Part shown: in pieces, positions 56,891-64,000 of the stretch
Position numbering within the stretch: the stretch's first letter is position 1
Layout: the number at the start of each line of letters is the position of its first letter
Virus record (IMG/VR): IMGVR_UViG_3300033816_000828
Coordinates: 16,156 to 80,155 of that record
Length of the DNA stretch: 64,000 nt
Reading direction: 5' to 3' (one strand)
Origin: a virus
Translations under genes and position numbers: made by a program
Notes under the pieces: model-generated
What the model was told of the DNA's origin: nothing
Databases searched by the model: none
What the model saw: the letters and a program-made list of their open reading frames with translations, nothing else

Positions 56891-56963
56891 TAGGAGTGGT
56901 GGGAGTCGAACCCACACTTGAGGCATTTTAAGTGCCTTGACTCTGCCTTTGGTCTACACTCCC
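56891..56963 (-). tRNA. tRNA-Leu(UAA) with short variable loop, CCA not encoded
   Basis: GGGAGTG/CACTCCT+A, AGGCA-CTTAAAA-TGCCT, GTGGG-TTCGACT-CCCAC. Confidence 0.9.
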
Positions 56964-56970
56964 ATAAAAA

Positions 56971-57048
56971 CAACCGACTACAAAAACCATTGACTTGAGG
57001 TTGATTATCTTGTTGTGCCTCTGTCATTTAAATTCTTGTAGCCGATTG
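56971..57048 (-). ncRNA. Long imperfect hairpin RNA immediately upstream of tRNA-Leu
   Basis: 16-bp stem with 3 G-U pairs, plus inner TGAC/GTCA and GAGG/CCTC helices. Confidence 0.5.
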
Positions 57049-57070
57049 CCTATTGGTTTTAAAAACCCTC

Positions 57071-57382
57071 TCAGCCGTTAGCGTGAGCCTTTAGGCGACG
57101 AACAAAGTCGGCCATAGCCTCAACATTATCCACTGTCTTAGATGGCTTCGCACGTTCCATAGTTGGTAGTTCTTCACCCTTCTTAGCAAGAGCCGCTTTA
57201 GTACGAGCAAAACGAGCCATTGTGGTAGCAACCTTCTGACCCGTCTTGCTGGCAATTTCAGCATAAGTCTTAGACGAAAAAACAGCCTCAAGAAACTGCT
57301 CATCAGAGCAACGAACACGCTTCTGCTTCTCAACAATATTTACATCAGCCATAATCAACCTCCAATTCAATCCAAAATCCAC
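57071..57382 (-). CDS. Small basic HTH-like protein (start likely 57352)
   Basis: GGAGG SD before ATG 57352; TYAEIASKTG. Confidence 0.7.
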   Translation of the reverse strand: MDFGLNWRLIMADVNIVEKQKRVRCSDEQFLEAVFSSKTYAEIASKTGQKVATTMARFARTKAALAKKGEELPTMERAKPSKTVDNVEAMADFVRRLKAHANG

Positions 57383-57429
57383 AAAACAGTACCGATCACG
57401 CGATCAGTTCAACCCTGCTTTGTATTACC

Positions 57430-57457
57430 ATTGTATCCTGTAGTATCGTCTTGTCAA
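57430..57457 (-). promoter_or_regulatory. Sigma70-type early promoter
   Basis: TTGACA-N16-TACAAT. Confidence 0.7.
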
Positions 57458-57480
57458 GACCGCAACTTGAATTTTTAAGT

Positions 57481-57684
57481 TCAAACAGTCTGAATTTCAT
57501 GTTCTTCTAAATCATCTATAATCTTTTTCAGATTTTTATTTTCATTTTCTAATATTGATATGATTTCTCTAGCCTTTTCCAGAGCCTTATGAAGATGATA
57601 CACCTTATTGCTTAATTCATCAGCAACATAATTTTTCATTATCATATCTATCTCCTTTTGAGTTAGCGATATAATAATATACAC
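57481..57684 (-). CDS. Small coiled-coil protein (start likely about 57642)
   Basis: AAGGAG SD at about 57652-57657. Confidence 0.65.
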   Translation of the reverse strand: MYIIISLTQKEIDMIMKNYVADELSNKVYHLHKALEKAREIISILENENKNLKKIIDDLEEHEIQTV

Positions 57685-57965
57685 TATATATTGTTAAGAA
57701 ATACTTTTAATTCATCTATTTGATTTTTGTGCAATATGATTTGATCGGTATATGGTTTTCCGTTCTTTAGTATTTGATAAATGTATCGTATTTTTTGCCA
57801 AAGAGACATTTTAGAAGAAATCAAAGAACTAAATACTGATAGTTCTATCATCTTAAATGTTGCATCATAGTCTATAACTAAAACTTCACTATGACAGTCA
57901 CATCGTATGAAAAGAGTTCGATAGTTATTTATTTTTTGGTCTTTTTTTACCAAAGATTCGTTCAT
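57684..57965 (-). CDS. Hypothetical protein
   Basis: CDCHSE motif. Confidence 0.65.
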   Translation of the reverse strand: MNESLVKKDQKINNYRTLFIRCDCHSEVLVIDYDATFKMIELSVFSSLISSKMSLWQKIRYIYQILKNGKPYTDQIILHKNQIDELKVFLNNI

Positions 57966-58035
57966 AGTTTTTTTCCCATGTTTTTTGATCTACGCTTTTT
58001 GGTCTTTGTTTAGAACCCTTACCATTTTGGCTCAT
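57925..58035 (-). CDS. Small basic protein (36 aa), not in the ORF track
   Basis: MSQNGKGSKQRPKSVDQKTWEKNYERIFGKKRPKNK, GAGG SD. Confidence 0.6.
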   Translation of the reverse strand: MSQNGKGSKQRPKSVDQKTWEKNYERIFGKKRPKNK

Positions 58036-58037
58036 AA

Positions 58038-58742
58038 TTAGTCCTCAAGAACAAAACTCCAATAACGACTATCTTCTTTCTTTTGCAAATTATCCCAATA
58101 CAAGCAGCGGGCAATATATGATGGAATTTTTTGCTTGCCGCAATTTACCACCCAGTGACGTTCAGCCTTTTTATAAATGGTTGAGCCACTCTTACTCTTA
58201 TTATATTTCAAATCTTCCATATCGTAAAGGCGAAGCATATGAACATCCAAACACAATGCTCTGGCCTCATTAGGATGGATCATTTCTAAGGCAAAACTAA
58301 CCTTAGCCAAACCAATGCCACTAATTTTATTTACAATAGAATCACGCTTCTTAACATGACCCTTCTTGGAGGTAAAATAAAAGTCTTTAGGATTAGCCCA
58401 AAACTTACTAGCAAAGTCCCAAATATATTTTGTACGATTATTGTGTAGGCCAACACCACTCTTATGCAATTTATCTCTCAGAATATTTTCATTATCAATC
58501 CACTCATTAAAATTCTTAATAGCATTATATCCCTTAACATTACCTTGCCAAGTGGTATGAACGCTGGTATATGCAAAGAGATAACGACGAAAAATATCTT
58601 CAACATTCTGAGGACGAACACTCTCCCAATATTCTCTATATGCTACAACCTTATCTTTGGGGAATGTAGAGAAGAAAATATCGGCCTTACTCTTGCTCAT
58701 TTCAACAGTATTATTTTCGGCAACAGTGTTCAAAACAATCAT
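58038..58742 (-). CDS. HhH-GPD DNA glycosylase (Ogg-like)
   Basis: ISGIGLAKVSFAL helix-hairpin-helix, LDVHMLR catalytic Asp. Confidence 0.75.
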   Translation of the reverse strand: MIVLNTVAENNTVEMSKSKADIFFSTFPKDKVVAYREYWESVRPQNVEDIFRRYLFAYTSVHTTWQGNVKGYNAIKNFNEWIDNENILRDKLHKSGVGLHNNRTKYIWDFASKFWANPKDFYFTSKKGHVKKRDSIVNKISGIGLAKVSFALEMIHPNEARALCLDVHMLRLYDMEDLKYNKSKSGSTIYKKAERHWVVNCGKQKIPSYIARCLYWDNLQKKEDSRYWSFVLED

Positions 58743-58772
58743 AAAAACTCCAATGTTAGCGATGATGCTACG

Positions 58773-58801
58773 ATTCTACACTACGAGTATCGTCTAGTCA
58801 A
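58773..58801 (-). promoter_or_regulatory. Sigma70-type early promoter
   Basis: TTGACT-N17-TAGAAT. Confidence 0.65.
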
Positions 58802-58812
58802 TACGGTAGACT

Positions 58813-59517
58813 TTAGTCAAATCTATATGGTTGAGACTTGTCCCATATCTGTTGATATCCAACCATATTTTCTGTTTTCCATTGAGTAGAATTATTAATT
58901 TCATTAATATAGTGATTAGATAATTTATATAAATGTATTTTACTTCTATCGCTATTATATCTATTTGATATTTTTCTAATTTTATACATATCAGAAATTA
59001 TATCTAAAATAGCCTCTGTATATTCAATTAAATCTTCATATCGAATAAAAATATAATTATCTACTAAATATGGCATATACAGGTATAAAAATTGTAATTT
59101 ATTAGATCTCATATCAAAAATATCTTGATATTTCTCTTTTGTATACCAATGAGAATCACAAAATTTGTGATAATCAGATAAACCTCTGGCAGATTGCCAA
59201 GGTTTAATATCTAAAATATTGGATGTATCTAAATGATATGGAGTTTTTTTCATACCTCCTATCCAATTGTAAATATTTCTAACAATGCCTATAAATAAAG
59301 TATTGTGTGCTGTATTTAAATTACTCCATTGAGAACAACCAAAAAAATGCTTATGACCATAATCCCAAGTGATTGGAATATGAAATACATCTTTGATTAA
59401 TTTTTCTACCCAATTAGTACCAGAATGTCTTTCCCCATAAATAGTAAAATTTTGGATGGAATAATTATCTATTGTAGAATAGAATTGGTTATATTTAAAT
59501 AGTTCTATTGCAACCAT
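58813..59517 (-). CDS. Sulfotransferase-like protein
   Basis: YGERHSGTNW, VRNIYNW, IRYEDL. Confidence 0.7.
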   Translation of the reverse strand: MVAIELFKYNQFYSTIDNYSIQNFTIYGERHSGTNWVEKLIKDVFHIPITWDYGHKHFFGCSQWSNLNTAHNTLFIGIVRNIYNWIGGMKKTPYHLDTSNILDIKPWQSARGLSDYHKFCDSHWYTKEKYQDIFDMRSNKLQFLYLYMPYLVDNYIFIRYEDLIEYTEAILDIISDMYKIRKISNRYNSDRSKIHLYKLSNHYINEINNSTQWKTENMVGYQQIWDKSQPYRFD

Positions 59518-60808
59518 GAAGTATTTTAAATGTTGGAAATCTTAGACTAATACCACCATCTTGGTTTTTGGTTTCCTCAAAATACTGGACTGTGATAATC
59601 TTTCCAAGAATCTTTTTAGGATGCTGATAAAATTCTTGTCTTTGGTCAATAGCGAAACCGCTACCAACCCTAACAATATGTTCCTTATGCTTAATCATCA
59701 CACAAGATAGCATAGTTTCTTCATGCTCTCGACCATTCAAGACATATCTAAATGGCCCCATTTCAACATCAACAACCTCATACTCGTCATCAAAAAACTT
59801 CTTAACTTTCAGAAGGTCTTTGCTACGCTTGCCCTTATATGGCTCGTCTGCTCGCAGCATTATTCCTTCCCAACCATAATCAGCGGCTTCTTTAACCCAC
59901 TCTTGAAAATGTTCGTCATTATGAATCAGTTCTTGTTCCAGCAGAGTAAGGCATGGACATTCGTTCTTGCTCATAGTCTCTGTCAGATTCGCCAAGCGAA
60001 TAGAATACGGACGATTCTTCTCGCCCTTCTTGCTATAAAATTCATCGTGCGTAATCATATCAAAAATCTTAAAAGATGGATTAGGAATAGTATGATCCTT
60101 CTTCTTTAGTTGTTTCATCACTCCCTGAAAGTCCTCATTACCATCATCATCAACAAGACAAAGTTCTCCATCAAATACTACATTAGTAATGTTAAGAGCC
60201 TTAATACCATCCCTAACGATGCCAAGAGTATCAAACTCTTTTCCCGTGCGGGAATAGAAGGTAGTATCACCATTACTATCAACAATCCCAATACATCTAG
60301 CACCATCAATTTTTCTGCTAACATACCAGCCATCCTTCCAATCTACCAGTTTAGGCTCGTACTTATCTGCCAGAGCAACACTAAACTCTGGAATATGGTC
60401 AGGAATAGCCTTGTTGATAATCTTGTCACCAGCACGGGTTTTCAAATCCTTGTCGATAATACAATGAATCAGTTCCTCGTATTCAGAGTAGTGTTCGATA
60501 AAACTATTCACAGCAGAGATAGCATCATGTCCAGTAATCTTTCGACTCTTTAGAGCATCCAACAAATCAAAGAAATTTTTATATTCGTTCTTTCTGGCTA
60601 CAAGATGATTCTTCTTCTTCAAATTATCGCTGGTCACATTATATTGCCACAACGGATGATAAGTATAAAGTAAAATATTTTTAGTGAAAGATGCTGCGGC
60701 ACTGTTATGTCCGCAATAATCCAAAATAATTCCTTCCTTATCTTTAGTGCTGCTCGTAGCACGAAGATCACGAACCATTCCCATAACATAATTAAAATCG
60801 TGAATCAT
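59495..60808 (-). CDS. ATP-dependent DNA ligase
   Basis: SRKIDG, SRTGK, FDGEL, EGIMLR, LLKVK, VGSGF, SLRFP. Confidence 0.95.
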   Translation of the reverse strand: MIHDFNYVMGMVRDLRATSSTKDKEGIILDYCGHNSAAASFTKNILLYTYHPLWQYNVTSDNLKKKNHLVARKNEYKNFFDLLDALKSRKITGHDAISAVNSFIEHYSEYEELIHCIIDKDLKTRAGDKIINKAIPDHIPEFSVALADKYEPKLVDWKDGWYVSRKIDGARCIGIVDSNGDTTFYSRTGKEFDTLGIVRDGIKALNITNVVFDGELCLVDDDGNEDFQGVMKQLKKKDHTIPNPSFKIFDMITHDEFYSKKGEKNRPYSIRLANLTETMSKNECPCLTLLEQELIHNDEHFQEWVKEAADYGWEGIMLRADEPYKGKRSKDLLKVKKFFDDEYEVVDVEMGPFRYVLNGREHEETMLSCVMIKHKEHIVRVGSGFAIDQRQEFYQHPKKILGKIITVQYFEETKNQDGGISLRFPTFKILHGCNRTI

Positions 60809-60833
60809 CCAAAGTTTCTCCTGTATTTAGCGT

Positions 60834-60862
60834 AGTATACCATACGCTATCTGTATTGTCAA
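60834..60862 (-). promoter_or_regulatory. Sigma70-type early promoter for the ligase
   Basis: TTGACA-N17-TATACT with extended TG. Confidence 0.75.
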
Positions 60863-61236
60863 GTATCGTCAATACGGGTCTTGCTTCTTAAATTATTTAT
60901 TTTAGCAGCAAGTAAATAGTTCATGGCTTTCGTGATACTCTCAAGAGTATCTCCTAATTGTCCTAGTCCCCAATTGCAGTTTTCACAAATCCATCCTCTG
61001 AAACTATTATCATCATGATCATGATCTAAACACCATTTATTCTTAAAAGGAATTCTTCCACAGCATTGACAAACATCTGGTTTTGGTGGTGCTTCTTTAT
61101 GAAGTTGATTTCTCAATCTAGAATGTTTTTTGAGACATTGTTTGCATCGTGTATCTAATCCATCAACACGATTTTTATGTTTAGAAAAAGATTTTTTATT
61201 TTTTCTTTTTCCACAATAAATGCAAACTTTTCTCAT
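60859..61236 (-). CDS. Endonuclease VII-family homing endonuclease
   Basis: CQCCG...LDHDHDDNSFRGWICENCNWGLG. Confidence 0.88.
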   Translation of the reverse strand: MRKVCIYCGKRKNKKSFSKHKNRVDGLDTRCKQCLKKHSRLRNQLHKEAPPKPDVCQCCGRIPFKNKWCLDHDHDDNSFRGWICENCNWGLGQLGDTLESITKAMNYLLAAKINNLRSKTRIDDT

Positions 61237-61352
61237 TTATGTTTCTTGAGTTGTTTCTTTAATTTTTTTAGATATCTATCTTCTGCTAATTCTTCAGGAT
61301 TTTTCTTTTCCTGCTTACGCAGTTTTTTATATATCTTTTTCCAGAAACTCAT
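61233..61352 (-). CDS. Small Lys-rich protein (39 aa), not in the ORF track
   Basis: MSFWKKIYKKLRKQEKK...; ATGA overlap with the next gene. Confidence 0.55.
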   Translation of the reverse strand: MSFWKKIYKKLRKQEKKNPEELAEDRYLKKLKKQLKKHK

Positions 61353-61353
61353 A

Positions 61354-61896
61354 TTATACCTTTATTGATTGACTAACGTTTTTACAAAAATCTATAACTT
61401 GTTCATCAGAAAATCTGTTTCTGGCATAGTTAAACATAAGAGCAACAAAACGAATATTCCCTTTAATATAACCTTTACTATTATCTATTCTATCAACAGA
61501 TGCAGAATATGGTGCTGAAATATTATCGTCACTATATTTTTTTAATACCAGTTTTTGTTTTGTGAATGGACAAATACCGCCTTGTTGTTTCCAAAGCATT
61601 TCCAAGTATTCTATATCTACATCATAGAACTGGTTTCTCTTTTTGGAACTTTTTTTGATTACTTTCATATACCATCTAAAACCAGCATATTTATCTCTTT
61701 GTCTTGTATATTGTGTATTTAAAAAATTATTTTTAAATTTTGTTAGATGTTGTAAATTATTTTTATTTTTCCCAGCACATTTAAGACTACAATAAAATTC
61801 AGTTTTACCCCTTTTTTTCTGTCTTTTTATTTCTGCTGCTGGTTTTTCTGTTTCCTTAGCACATACAGCACATATTATCTTAGTTTTAGTAATCAT
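61354..61896 (-). CDS. HNH-like homing endonuclease (true start 61896; the ORF-track extension overlaps the tmRNA)
   Basis: AAGGAG SD; CAVC/YCSLKC; GICPFT...SVDRIDNSKGYIKGNIRFV..N. Confidence 0.8.
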   Translation of the reverse strand: MITKTKIICAVCAKETEKPAAEIKRQKKRGKTEFYCSLKCAGKNKNNLQHLTKFKNNFLNTQYTRQRDKYAGFRWYMKVIKKSSKKRNQFYDVDIEYLEMLWKQQGGICPFTKQKLVLKKYSDDNISAPYSASVDRIDNSKGYIKGNIRFVALMFNYARNRFSDEQVIDFCKNVSQSIKV

Positions 61897-61956
61897 TTGT
61901 ATCTCCTTAGTTGGTAATTTATAATACACCAAAAATGGAGATGAGCAAGTATTTAA

Positions 61957-62311
61957 TGGAGGCGGGCAGAGTCGAACTGCCGTGCTATCATATTTCAAAT
62001 TACATTTTCTACAAGTTTATTTTATTCATAGATTAAATAGGAGTACAGAATAAACAAGACTAATCCTATCTTACCAACTGCTCTTAACCTACAACCCGTT
62101 GGATATTGTAAGTGCAGAGGGATTTAACGACAGACTTTTGATACCTACCCTCAATCGGTATCGCAGTCTGTTACTGCCGTTTTTTATTAGGCAGCAAGGG
62201 CTAACTGATTTGTGCCAGTTAAAGCATTTGGTAGATTTTTAAAGTGGCCCTTCCACCAACCACTACTTGCCAATATAATAATCTTTATGTAGTCGAAACC
62301 TTTACGCCCCC
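61957..62311 (-). ncRNA. ssrA: tmRNA; tag peptide (A)GTNQLALAA
   Basis: 5' GGGGGCG...TTCGAC, 3' GGCAG-TTCGACT-CTGCC-CGCCTCCA with G3-U70; TAACT then GGC ACA AAT CAG TTA GCC CTT GCT GCC TAA TAA. Confidence 0.93.
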
Positions 62312-62536
62312 TTATTTCTTAAGTACACTTTTTGTATTATCTTCCCAATTTTCTAGTCTCTCAATCTCATTTTTAATCTGCTGAAATTCCATTTGACTAG
62401 TTCCACAACGCCAGAAAACAGAATCAAATTCTAGTTTCTGTAATCTACTATAGAAATGTATATTAAATAGAAAAGACAGTAGTAGTAACCCAATTAAGAA
62501 CGTATAACTTGCTAAATGATTTGAACGATTAGTCAT
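62312..62536 (-). CDS. Small single-TM protein (start more likely 62536)
   Basis: AAGGA SD; TM followed by a coiled tail; stop abuts the tmRNA 5' end. Confidence 0.6.
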   Translation of the reverse strand: MTNRSNHLASYTFLIGLLLLSFLFNIHFYSRLQKLEFDSVFWRCGTSQMEFQQIKNEIERLENWEDNTKSVLKK

Positions 62537-62603
62537 AAATTTTGTTCCTTTTAGACGAAATGGTGTATGATACTTTATCAAGTTTTAATCAAGGAGTTCG
62601 ACT

Positions 62604-63113
62604 ATGAATCATTGTGCTAATTGCTTTAAAAAAACTAGTAATGCTAAATTTTGTTGTTTGTCTTGTAGTGCTACTTATACTAATAAAACTCATCCAAAAC
62701 GAAAACCTCAATCAAATAATAATGCTAAATGTCCTAATTGTAAAAAGAATTTTCATACTGATTATGCTACACAAATTTGTTGTTCCAAACAATGCTCAAC
62801 CGAATATCGCAGACTCCAGAGTGATAAAATTATTGAACAAGAAGGTTTTGGCGATGGGCATTATCATAATCTTAGAATTAGAAAATATCTTATTAGAAAA
62901 CATGGAAATAATTGCATGATTTGCGGGCAATCTGGAGATAATTGGAATGGAAAACCCATTACTCTTATAGTAGATCATATTGATGGCAAATCCAATAATA
63001 ATAAACTTAATAATCTCCGTATAGTTTGTCCAAATTGCGATTGTCAACTTCCAACATACAAAGCAAAAAATAAAGGTAATAGTTCTAGGAAATATTTTAT
63101 AGTTCAAAAATAA
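62604..63113 (+). CDS. HNH homing endonuclease, the only convincing plus-strand gene
   Basis: AAGGAG SD; Cys-rich repeats; VDHIDG..NNN..NNLRIVCPNCD. Confidence 0.9.
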   Translation: MNHCANCFKKTSNAKFCCLSCSATYTNKTHPKRKPQSNNNAKCPNCKKNFHTDYATQICCSKQCSTEYRRLQSDKIIEQEGFGDGHYHNLRIRKYLIRKHGNNCMICGQSGDNWNGKPITLIVDHIDGKSNNNKLNNLRIVCPNCDCQLPTYKAKNKGNSSRKYFIVQK

Positions 63114-63114
63114 A

Positions 63115-63190
63115 TAGGGGATAAAGGAGTTGAACCTTTCTCTTGAACTGCTTATAAGACAGGTGACCACTACCGGCGGTCGCATCCCCC
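63115..63190 (-). tRNA. tRNA-Ile(UAU), somewhat atypical, CCA not encoded
   Basis: GGGGGAT/ATCCCCT+A, GACC/GGTC D-stem, loop CTTATAA, AAAGG-TTCAACT-CCTTT. Confidence 0.8.
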
Positions 63191-63198
63191 GTGTTTGT

Positions 63199-63227
63199 AT
63201 TGTATACTATCGACCGATCCCTGTCAA
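63199..63227 (-). promoter_or_regulatory. Sigma70-type promoter for tRNA-Ile
   Basis: TTGACA-N17-TACAAT ending 8 nt before the tRNA. Confidence 0.75.
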
Positions 63228-63775
63228 CTCTTGAGATATTTTTCGTAGTAGTTGCGATAAATACTCATAATAATACCACTAGTTGTTCCAACATTTAAAG
63301 ACCGTACACTTCCATAAGTAGGAATAGTTAGAACACAACTACAAGCCATAAGAATTGTTTCTGATAAACCAGCATTTTCTTCTCCAAAAATAAAAATTGG
63401 TTCATCAATATTAGAAAAATCAAAACTAAAAGGATCGAATGTGATTTCTTTGTATTCTGGAATATTATTCTCAATAGCAATTAATGGTCGGCCAGTAGAT
63501 TTAATTACTTTAATAAACTCTTCTTCGGTTTTATAATGAAACATTGGAGTGTAGTGATGGGTTCCTACGCTACCTCTTTTATCCCATTTCTTTTTACCAA
63601 CATAATGTACGCTACTAAATCCAAAAAAATTAGCATTACGAACCATTGTGCTGAGATTAAAATCTCCACCAATATTAATCATAGCAACACTTGCTGGAAT
63701 ACTATTTTTATGACAATAGTTTCCGATTTCTGGCACACTCAACTCTTTAAGACTGTCTATCACGTTCATTTTCAA
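63224..63775 (-). CDS. SPOUT (SpoU/TrmH/TrmL-type) RNA 2'-O-methyltransferase
   Basis: NLSTMVR, FGEENAGLS, IPTYGSVRSLNV. Confidence 0.9.
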   Translation of the reverse strand: MKMNVIDSLKELSVPEIGNYCHKNSIPASVAMINIGGDFNLSTMVRNANFFGFSSVHYVGKKKWDKRGSVGTHHYTPMFHYKTEEEFIKVIKSTGRPLIAIENNIPEYKEITFDPFSFDFSNIDEPIFIFGEENAGLSETILMACSCVLTIPTYGSVRSLNVGTTSGIIMSIYRNYYEKYLKS

Positions 63776-63920
63776 GTTCTTTAAGTTTTTGTTCCCAAAT
63801 TTCTCTTTGTTTATACATTTCTATACAATTATTACAAAAATCCGAACTGATATATTCTCTAATATCTGCTAGTTTATTTTTTATCTCCCATATTTTTGTT
63901 TCTAGTTCGTGATTTAGCAT
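63747..63920 (-). CDS. Small coiled-coil protein (start more likely 63920)
   Basis: MLNHELETKIWE...CNNC. Confidence 0.6.
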   Translation of the reverse strand: MLNHELETKIWEIKNKLADIREYISSDFCNNCIEMYKQREIWEQKLKELENERDRQS

Positions 63921-64000
63921 TTGGCTTCTTCTCTTTCTTAGTTTCTTTTTGCCAGAAAACCATTTCGTTGACTTTATCATCCCAAGCACATTCAATCAAG
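63874..64000 (-). CDS. 3' end of a hypothetical gene entering from the window edge
   Basis: LIECAWDDKVNEMVFWQKE...*; resembles MIETAFDNKSNDFVFWIK of 50042..50443. Confidence 0.6.
   Translation of the reverse strand, partial: LIECAWDDKVNEMVFWQKETKKEKKPNAKSRTRNKNMGDKK

Noticed and set aside
28-60553. Numerous plus-strand ORFs in the track (e.g. 14771..15334, 53397..53813, 60110..60553)
   Set aside because: Antisense shadows of well-supported minus-strand genes, with no motifs or SD.
61897-61998. N-terminal extension of the 214-aa ORF
   Set aside because: Overlaps the tmRNA 3' end; a strong AAGGAG SD supports ATG 61896.
1-64000. Stop-codon reassignment as seen in some large phages
   Set aside because: Conserved genes are full length in code 11, and TAG/TGA stops coincide with the next gene's start.
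1-64000. Eukaryotic giant virus origin, suggested by GT15/GT60/M8
   Set aside because: SD sequences, sigma70 promoters, a sigma factor, tmRNA, DnaB, rIIA/B and coupled operons indicate a bacteriophage.

Overview
AT-rich segment (roughly 30% GC by eye) of a large lytic dsDNA bacteriophage genome with T4-like or jumbo-type gene content. It uses the standard genetic code and is almost entirely on the minus strand. In window order: (1) replication/recombination and nucleotide metabolism (PD-(D/E)XK nuclease, dNMP kinase, primase, DnaB, RecA/UvsX, HNH, PhoH, class II RNR, dCMP deaminase); (2) a membrane-protein cluster with an intein-split papain-like peptidase, an FN3/M8-metalloprotease and a holin-like gene; (3) modular tail-fibre/adhesin genes plus a sulfotransferase; (4) a large glycosylation region (GT25, GT2, GT60, GT4, GT15-FkbM, GDP-mannose epimerase-like, DUF5672) interleaved with ClpP, a sigma factor, GuaC and an NDT; (5) subtilisin, trypsin, an actin-like ATPase, thioredoxin, RuvB and rIIA/rIIB; (6) an early region with DNA ligase, a glycosylase, tRNA-Leu(UAA), tRNA-Ile(UAU), tmRNA, a SPOUT methyltransferase and several free-standing homing endonucleases. 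Signals not in the ORF track: two unannotated structured RNAs (one tRNA-shaped but without an anticodon arm), a recurring GGTGTA upstream motif (candidate phage-sigma promoter), a sigma70-type promoter family, a shared rIIA/rIIB leader motif and an AUU-start gene. All calls come from manual motif reading; no database searches were run.
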